46,030 nucleotides of DNA from contig JBLNCV010000193.1 of NCBI GenBank assembly GCA_050260975.1, forward strand, positions 1-46,030, written 5' to 3'. Source of the DNA: Syntrophothermus sp. GTDB lineage: Bacteria > Bacillota > UBA5301 > JAMCQP01. The first letter of the stretch is position 1, and each line of letters opens with the position of its first letter. Below the pieces are notes generated by a model, which made no database searches, was not told the origin of the DNA, and saw only the letters and a program-made list of their open reading frames with translations. Of the stretch, positions 39,906 through 46,030 are shown piece after piece. Made by a program: the position numbers and the translations under genes.

Positions 39906-40939
39906 GACGGAACACCGCCCTTTTCAATGTCTTCCAAAAAATGGCCGGCCAGAGCCAGCGCCGCCTCCCAATCCCGGAGGCTCATGAGCGATACCGGCGA
40001 GTGAATGTAACGACAAGGCAGCGCCATGACCGCCGCCGGCACCCCGCCTCTGGTAACCCGGATCCTCCCTGCATCCGTCCCCCCGAAAGCCGACCGGCGC
40101 AACTGCACCGGCAGCCGGTTTCTTTCCGCCAAATCCAGCAACCGCTCTACCAACCGGCGGTCCATGATCCCCGTCCCGTCCATGATCGTCAAAGCCGGGC
40201 CCTTCCCCATAGTGGTGGACTGCATGTGTTCCTCGGTCTCCGGCACATCGGAGGCGGTGGTCCCCTCCAGTACCAGAGCCACATCCGGGTCAATCGCGTA
40301 AGCAGCCACTCCCGCCCCCCGCAAGCCGGTCTCCTCCTGTACGGTAAAGACCCCGTAGAAGGTGAAACTGTACTGCTTCTTAAGCAGTTCGATCAAAAGC
40401 GCGCAACCGGCCCGGTCATCAAAGGCTTTGCCCTTGACTATTCCGTTGCCAATCTCCTCAAACCTGGTGGCAAAGCTGGCCACATCCCCTACTTTGACCA
40501 TTCGCTCGGCCTCTTCTTTGCTTTTGGCCCCGATGTCAATGTACATCTCATGGATGGGAAGAGCCCGTTTCCGTTCCTCCGGCTTTTGCAAATGGGCCGG
40601 TTTGGATCCCAATACCCCCGGCAGCTTTTCGGGCCCGACCGACACCACTTTGGAGTTCAGAACTCTTTGGTCAAGCCCGCCTACCGGTTCGAAACGAACC
40701 AACCCTCCTTTGTCAACCAGGGTCACCATCAGGCCCACCTCATCCATGTGGGCCGCCACCATCACCTTTAAGCCGCCATGTTTGCCTCTTCCCGTTCCAC
40801 GCCGGACAGCGATCAGGTTGCCGAGGGAATCGGTCCACAGGTCTTCCACATAAGGTTTTACCAGCTCCCGGATCAAGTTGCGAACCTCGTGTTCGGTCCC
40901 CGAGACACCGGCAGCCTCGGACAGTTCCTTTAAAAACAT
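39902..40939 (-). CDS. M42-family aminopeptidase, copy 2
   Basis: 345 aa ORF. TDSLGNLIAV, MVAAHMDEVGLMVT, GKAFDDRAGCA and FTVQEETGLRGA. Overlaps copy 3 by 4 nt. Confidence 0.9.
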   Translation of the reverse strand: MFLKELSEAAGVSGTEHEVRNLIRELVKPYVEDLWTDSLGNLIAVRRGTGRGKHGGLKVMVAAHMDEVGLMVTLVDKGGLVRFEPVGGLDQRVLNSKVVSVGPEKLPGVLGSKPAHLQKPEERKRALPIHEMYIDIGAKSKEEAERMVKVGDVASFATRFEEIGNGIVKGKAFDDRAGCALLIELLKKQYSFTFYGVFTVQEETGLRGAGVAAYAIDPDVALVLEGTTASDVPETEEHMQSTTMGKGPALTIMDGTGIMDRRLVERLLDLAERNRLPVQLRRSAFGGTDAGRIRVTRGGVPAAVMALPCRYIHSPVSLMSLRDWEAALALAGHFLEDIEKGGVPS

Positions 40940-42063
40940 CGCAAACCCTCCACAAACTCTGCATCCAGCCCGGTGATAAAGTGCGCCAGAAGCCGGGCCG
41001 ACGCTTTAATATCCGCAACGGTGAGGGTCTCCACCGGAGTATGCATGTTCCGCAACGGGATTGAAACTATTCCCGTGGGAACCCCCGCCTGGCTAACCTG
41101 CACGGCAAAGGCGTCGGTTCCACGCGGGGAAGGGTAGGGCTCGATCTGGTGGGCGATGCCGTACTCCTTTGCCGTGGTCACCAGACGCTTATATACCGCA
41201 GGGTGGATCGCAACCCCCACCCCGATCGCCGGTCCTTTGCCAAGAGGCATCGCCTTCTGTTCGGGAACACCCGGTGAATCGCCGTAGGTCACGTCGATAA
41301 CCACCGCTAGATCGGGGGCCACACCAAAGGTGCTGGTGATCGCCCCGCGGTACCCGACCTCCTCCTGCACCGTAGCAACCCCGTATACGTCGACGGCATG
41401 CTTCATCTGTTGCAGTTCTTCAAAACAGGCCAGCACCACGGCCACACCTGCCCGGTTGTCGAACGCGCGGCCCGCCAGGAGATCGTTTTGCAAGGCCACC
41501 ACGTCCCGGTTTACCACGGCCATGTCCCCGATATCCACCCATTTGCCGGCCTCTTCGGCGTCCATGCCGATGTCGATAAATAGTTGATCCATAGGAATCG
41601 CTTTTTCGTAATCCGCGGGGTCCTGAATGTGCGGCGGCTTGGCGCCGATGATGCCCCGCAAGGGACGCTTGCCGTAAACCGTAACCTCCTGCGCCACCAG
41701 ATTTCGCGGGTCAATGCTGCCTTTGGTGATAAAGCGTAAAAACCCCTTCTCGTCAACCTTGCTGACAATCAAGCCCACTTCATCCATGTGCGCTACCAAC
41801 ATTATTTTTGAGCTGGCCACGTCATTGCCAGTTTTACCTTTGCCAATCGCACCTTTACCAGCGGCGCCATAACCTGATTCACCCTTCTTAAGAGCGATAA
41901 CGCTTCCCAGCTTGTCTATTCGAACCTCCGGGGTGTAATGGGCAAATCTCCGGAAAACGGCTTCCCCGACCCGGCCTTCAAAGCCGGAAACACCAGGCAG
42001 CACACACAGCTCTTCCAATACTTCCCTGATCTCCACGCCGGCAACCTCCGTTAAAATCTCCAT
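40930..42063 (-). CDS. M42-family aminopeptidase, copy 1 (with a Gly/Lys-rich insert)
   Basis: 377 aa ORF. IDKLGSVIAL, MLVAHMDEVGLIVS, GRAFDNRAGVA and ATVQEEVGYRGA. Carries the insert GYGAAGKGAIGKGKTGNDVASS. Overlaps copy 2 by 10 nt. Confidence 0.9.
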   Translation of the reverse strand: MEILTEVAGVEIREVLEELCVLPGVSGFEGRVGEAVFRRFAHYTPEVRIDKLGSVIALKKGESGYGAAGKGAIGKGKTGNDVASSKIMLVAHMDEVGLIVSKVDEKGFLRFITKGSIDPRNLVAQEVTVYGKRPLRGIIGAKPPHIQDPADYEKAIPMDQLFIDIGMDAEEAGKWVDIGDMAVVNRDVVALQNDLLAGRAFDNRAGVAVVLACFEELQQMKHAVDVYGVATVQEEVGYRGAITSTFGVAPDLAVVIDVTYGDSPGVPEQKAMPLGKGPAIGVGVAIHPAVYKRLVTTAKEYGIAHQIEPYPSPRGTDAFAVQVSQAGVPTGIVSIPLRNMHTPVETLTVADIKASARLLAHFITGLDAEFVEGLRCF

Positions 42064-42241
42064 TTACCCTCCCTGGGCATATATTGGACATGAATTGACA
42101 TGCAACAGTTAGTATTCTCCCCATCCCCGGGTTTTCCTCCACACTAAAACATGGTTTGCGCCAGAGCACAGAATAAAGACACCAGATAAAAAAGGGCATC
42201 CGGGGCATAATGGAGAATTAGAGGTGGAAAGGTGAGTTACA

Positions 42242-43126
42242 ATGTTGGATACGGGGTTTTTGGCCTGGCTTTTTGCCGGCGCAATCGTCTCAGGCGTGCT
42301 TGGCTCGATGCTCGGCCTGGGGGGCGGGGTTTTTCTGGTTCCTTTGCTTACCCTGGGGCTGCATCTGCCGATACACTTTGCAATCGGAACGAGTATCGTG
42401 GCGGTGGTGGCCACCTCCAGCGCCGCCGCCGGAGTCTATACCCTGTCCGGTTTAACGAACCTCCGGCTTGGCATGATTCTGGAGATCGCCACCACCATCG
42501 GAGCCATTACCGGCGGGCTCACCGCCGCTTTAGTAAGCCGTCAGACCCTGAATATTCTTTTTGCCCTGGTCCTCCTTTACACTGCTGGGTCCATGCTCGT
42601 AAACCGCAAACGTCCGGAATCCTTCTCCGAAGCAGCAGTCGCCTGGACTCCCGGGGAGGAACAGGAATGTTTAAAGCTGTCCGCCGCTTTCTATGATGAA
42701 GCTGCCCGGCGGGAAGTGAGGTATCAGGTACGGCATCTGCCATTGGGAGCGTTCGTCAGCTTCCTGGCCGGAAACCTCTCGGGGCTTCTGGGGATTGGCG
42801 GCGGCATTATCAAGGTCCCGACCATGAACCTGGTGATGGGCATTCCTATAAAGGCAGCGGCGGCCACCAGCAACTTTATGGTCGGGGTCACCGCGGCGAC
42901 CAGCGCCTTTGTTTATTATTCCCGCGGGTATATCAACCCTTTTTACGCCGCTCCCGCCGCGATTGGAATCTTTCTTGGCGCTCAGGCCGGATCCCGGCTG
43001 GCAAAAAAGACCAGGAGCAAGATCCTGGTCAAGCTCTTTGCCTTTCTGTCGATCTACCTGGCGGTCAGGATGCTCTGGGAAGGAATCTCCGCCGGTATAG
43101 GAGGAATCAGCTTTGGCTTCAACTAA
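42242..43126 (+). CDS. TSUP (TauE/SafE, DUF81) family anion exporter
   Basis: 294 aa polytopic ORF with SGVLGSMLGLGGGVFLVPLL and LSGLLGIGGGIIKVP repeats. Confidence 0.8.
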   Translation: MLDTGFLAWLFAGAIVSGVLGSMLGLGGGVFLVPLLTLGLHLPIHFAIGTSIVAVVATSSAAAGVYTLSGLTNLRLGMILEIATTIGAITGGLTAALVSRQTLNILFALVLLYTAGSMLVNRKRPESFSEAAVAWTPGEEQECLKLSAAFYDEAARREVRYQVRHLPLGAFVSFLAGNLSGLLGIGGGIIKVPTMNLVMGIPIKAAAATSNFMVGVTAATSAFVYYSRGYINPFYAAPAAIGIFLGAQAGSRLAKKTRSKILVKLFAFLSIYLAVRMLWEGISAGIGGISFGFN

Positions 43127-43493
43127 AAAACAGGTTCCCGACAACGCCAATAGCCAGGTCTACCGGTTGGCCAGGCCTGTCTTGCTGATCGGCATCACCG
43201 CCAGTTTTACTTTGATCCTGGCCGGGTTTGCCCGTTACGCTCTTGAACCGGGTCAACAGACATTAGCCTCCCTAGGCCGGGCCGTTCCATTTCGCCAGCT
43301 CTTTTTCCTCCTGGCGCAAGGACGGCCCGAGGCGCTGCTAAGCCTGGGCATTCTGGTTTTGTTATTCGTGCCAGCCGGCTTTGTGGCCGCTTCTGTGGCC
43401 GCTTTTTGTGGACGGGGAGAGCGGCTCTCAGCGGTCACTTCCGGCATTGTCCTGGCGATCCTTCTGATAAGCGCAATTATGGGCCTTTTATAA
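43113..43493 (+). CDS. Small membrane protein, DUF1634-like partner of the TSUP transporter
   Basis: 126 aa with about 3-4 TM segments. It overlaps the TSUP gene by 14 nt. This pairing is common for DUF81/DUF1634. Confidence 0.55.
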   Translation: MASTKKQVPDNANSQVYRLARPVLLIGITASFTLILAGFARYALEPGQQTLASLGRAVPFRQLFFLLAQGRPEALLSLGILVLLFVPAGFVAASVAAFCGRGERLSAVTSGIVLAILLISAIMGLL

Positions 43494-45722
43494 AGAATCG
43501 TGCGCAAGCCGGTAAGAGAGGCCGGAACGCCTTTGCCCCGCCTGTTGGTTGCGAACGTACGCCGCCAGCGCCCTCTTGCTCCCTACCAGAACAACCATCT
43601 TGCGGGCCCTGGTAATCGCGGTATAGAGAAGGTTTCGGTTCATTAGCGCCGGCATCACCCCGGTGACCGGCATGACCACCACCGGATACTCACTGCCCTG
43701 GCTTTTGTGGACCGAAACGGCATAGGATATGGCTAGTTCGTCCAGTTCATGGCGTTCGTAAGTAACCTGCCTCCCCACATCCAGGAAAGGGTAATCTACA
43801 AAAACCTGCTGTTCCTCGAGATCAACATTTACCACCCGGCCGATATCCCCGTTGAAAACCAGCTTTTGATAGTCGTTTCTGATCTGCATCACTTTGTCGC
43901 CCACGCGAAAGATCGTATCGCCATACGGCATCTCCGCCTTGGACGGCGCAGGGGGGTTGAGAGCGGCCTGGAGGGCCAAATTGAGAGCCTCTACCCCGAC
44001 AGCCGCCCGCCGCACTGGAGTCAGGACCTGGATATCTTCGACCGGATCACAGTTTAGATGGCGCGGCAGGCGGCTGGCCACCAGATCGACGATCAAACGG
44101 CCCAATCGGCCTGGATCGTTCTCTTCGATGAAAAAGAAATCCTTGCCGGCACTGTTAAGAATCGGAAACTCCCCCTGATTGATCCGGTGAGCATTCACCA
44201 CAATCATGCTCTCCCGTGCCTGCCGGAAGACCTCGGTGAGCCGCACGGTTGGAACCGTTCCCGATTCGATGATGTCCCGCAAAACATTCCCCGGCCCCAC
44301 AGGGGGAAGCTGATCCGCATCTCCCACCAGAATGAGGCGTGTTTTTGGGCTCACCGCACCAAGCAGGTTATTCATCAGCAATAGATCCACCATTGACGCC
44401 TCATCGATCACAAGCACATCAGCTTCAATCGGGTTATCCTCGTTACGTCCGAAACGCATGCGTAAGCGATGGGTATCAAGATCAGGATTAGTACCGGGAA
44501 CGCTGGCAAAAGAAGGCTCAAGCAGGCGATGGATCGTCCTGGCTTCCCGGCCGGTGGCCTCCGCCATACGCTTGGCCGCCCGTCCCGTGGGCGCCGCCAG
44601 AACCACTCGCGCCCCGGAACGCTCCAGACCGTCGATTATCCTGCGCAGAACAGTGGTCTTGCCGGTACCCGGCCCTCCGGTCAAAACCAGGACCCCTGCA
44701 TAACGACTGGCCTCCAGAGCCTGTTTCTGCCCCGCGGACAACTCAAGATCGCTGCTCTGATCATCCCGTTCCGTGAAGCCGCCGGCCGGGAGCGCGTCCT
44801 TTGCTGGAGGAAGCGGCCCGGCCATCAGCTTCTTCAGCCGCCGGGCCACTTCTTTTTCTGCATGATAAAGCCATGGGAGGTAAACAACCTGTTGATCCAG
44901 CCCGGTTTCTCCGGGCCATTTGCCGGCAACCAGCCGCCCTTTGACGATAAGATCACCCAGCACCGCCCCGGCGGCCTCCCGGGTGACACCCAGAGCCTGA
45001 GCCGCCTGGCCGGCCAGAATCTCCCCCGGTAAAAACACGTCCCCCGACGCTTCGGCGGCTTGTTGCAGAAAGAACTTCAAACCCGCGGCGATCCGGTATG
45101 GATCATCCGCCGCCACCCCCAACGATTGGGCGATCTTGTCGGCGGTCTTAAACCCTATGCCGTATATATCTTCCGCCAACGCATATGGATTGGCCTGCAC
45201 CTTTTCAATGGCCTGGGAGCCGTAGGTTCTGACGATCTTGGCGGCAAATGCAGGGCTGATCCCGTGCCCCTGCAAAAAGGCCATCATTTCCTGGACGCCC
45301 TTTTGCTCCGCAAAAGCCGAGGAAATTTGCCGCGCCTTGACCTGCCCAATCCCTTCCACTTCTGTAAGGCGTTGCGGCTCCCTGGCGATTACTTCAAAAG
45401 TGGAAAGGCCGAAATGAGCCACCAACCGCTTGGCCGTAGCCGGGCCAATCCCTTTAATCAGGCCGGAACCCAGATATTTCTCGATCCCGCCCAGAGTCGC
45501 CGGGTTGACGGATGTGTAAGCAGCTATCTTGAACTGGCTGCCATATTCCGGATGGGTTGTCCATTCCCCCTCTATCCGTAATGTCTCCCCCGGACTGGCG
45601 GCCAAATTGCCCACCACCGTGATCTCCCGGCCCTCCCCGGCCAGCTTCAGCCTGGCCACGGTATATTGATTCTCCTTATTGTGAAAAGTGATCCTCTCCA
45701 GGGTGCCTTCAATGGTCGTCAT
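43488..45722 (-). CDS. recD2: RecD2-type ATP-dependent DNA helicase (RecD/TraA family)
   Basis: IEGTLERITFHNKENQYTVARLKL is the N-terminal OB/SH3-like domain. It also has HhH repeats, LTGGPGTGKTT (Walker A) and VLVIDEASMVD (Walker B). Start placed at ATG 45722 (GGGGGAGGAGT upstream). Confidence 0.9.
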   Translation of the reverse strand: MTTIEGTLERITFHNKENQYTVARLKLAGEGREITVVGNLAASPGETLRIEGEWTTHPEYGSQFKIAAYTSVNPATLGGIEKYLGSGLIKGIGPATAKRLVAHFGLSTFEVIAREPQRLTEVEGIGQVKARQISSAFAEQKGVQEMMAFLQGHGISPAFAAKIVRTYGSQAIEKVQANPYALAEDIYGIGFKTADKIAQSLGVAADDPYRIAAGLKFFLQQAAEASGDVFLPGEILAGQAAQALGVTREAAGAVLGDLIVKGRLVAGKWPGETGLDQQVVYLPWLYHAEKEVARRLKKLMAGPLPPAKDALPAGGFTERDDQSSDLELSAGQKQALEASRYAGVLVLTGGPGTGKTTVLRRIIDGLERSGARVVLAAPTGRAAKRMAEATGREARTIHRLLEPSFASVPGTNPDLDTHRLRMRFGRNEDNPIEADVLVIDEASMVDLLLMNNLLGAVSPKTRLILVGDADQLPPVGPGNVLRDIIESGTVPTVRLTEVFRQARESMIVVNAHRINQGEFPILNSAGKDFFFIEENDPGRLGRLIVDLVASRLPRHLNCDPVEDIQVLTPVRRAAVGVEALNLALQAALNPPAPSKAEMPYGDTIFRVGDKVMQIRNDYQKLVFNGDIGRVVNVDLEEQQVFVDYPFLDVGRQVTYERHELDELAISYAVSVHKSQGSEYPVVVMPVTGVMPALMNRNLLYTAITRARKMVVLVGSKRALAAYVRNQQAGQRRSGLSYRLAHDSL

Positions 45723-45781
45723 ACTCCTCCCCCACGCTTTTGCCCGATTCGCGTTCTGCCGGGCCTTCCTTCCCACAAGCG

Positions 45782-46030
45782 TCACCCGAAACGATAAGTT
45801 ACCCCATAGCCGCCGGGAGGATAGTCAAAATCGATATTCCCGGGCGGGCAAGCCATGGAACAGGCTCCGCACTCCAAACACCTGCCAAAAAAGACCAACA
45901 TCCCCACCTCCTCATCCCACTCAAAGACGTGTGTGGGGCAGATTTTGAGGCAGGACCTGGCCGGGCATTCCCCGCAAGCGTTTGGATCCACCAGGTAAAT
46001 AAAGGTGGAAGCCGGCGGCTCAATCTTATC
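45782..46030 (-). CDS. fixX: FixX-type ferredoxin-like protein (ETF-quinone oxidoreductase partner), 5' end outside the window
   Basis: The C-terminal ...CPTHVFEWDEEVGMLVFFGRCLECGACSMACPPGNIDFDYPPGGYGVTYRFG is the FixX signature. The frame stays open to the window edge. Confidence 0.75.
   Translation of the reverse strand, partial: DKIEPPASTFIYLVDPNACGECPARSCLKICPTHVFEWDEEVGMLVFFGRCLECGACSMACPPGNIDFDYPPGGYGVTYRFG

Noticed and set aside
40676-40700. GGTTCGAAAC, a tRNA T-loop-like string.
   Set aside because: It lies inside the M42 coding sequence, with no acceptor or anticodon stem pairing around it. No tRNA, rRNA, CRISPR repeat array, transposase or integrase was found anywhere in the window.
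42093-42098. TTGACA hexamer in the M42/TSUP divergent spacer as a promoter -35.
   Set aside because: There is no acceptable -10 at 16-18 nt spacing on the plus strand, and the minus-strand alternative (TTGCAT-16-TATATG) is weak. The support is too thin to annotate.

Overview
High-GC, gene-dense chromosomal segment from a spore-forming Firmicute. That origin is inferred from the GerA-type germinant receptor operon and the YlbJ, YheC/YheD and CwlD-like amidase genes. No rRNA, tRNA, CRISPR array or mobile element was seen. The main feature is a roughly 19 kb minus-strand super-operon (1-19267). It starts with a guanine-class purine riboswitch that has ON-switch architecture. It encodes a full bacterial microcompartment shell set: 3 BMC-H, 1 PduB-like BMC-T and 1 BMC-P. 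These shell genes sit among purine-catabolic genes: an FtcD-type formiminotransferase, a cyclic amidohydrolase, an isochorismatase-family hydrolase, UbiX/UbiD, an adenine-deaminase-family enzyme and a cyclase-family hydrolase. Downstream come selenium/molybdenum cofactor maturation genes (YqeC, MocA, XdhC, YqeB), a four-subunit molybdenum hydroxylase with a split large subunit, and a purine permease. I read this as a microcompartment-organised version of the classical clostridial xanthine to formiminoglycine fermentation route. It lacks the usual aldehyde-dehydrogenase metabolosome core. The rest of the window contains a gerA-type operon, a glutamate-2,3-aminomutase-type radical SAM gene followed by YheD/YheC ATP-grasp ligases plus a decayed third copy, and a candidate CxxU selenoprotein that the ORF track missed. 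It also holds a sporulation-type amidase, a CAP-domain protein, two tandem cysteine-rich paralogs, a trxA/trxB deletion scar, ylbJ, folE2, a vapBC pair, three tandem M42 peptidases, a TSUP/DUF1634 pair, recD2 and a partial fixX. All functional calls come from reading motifs by eye. No database search was possible.
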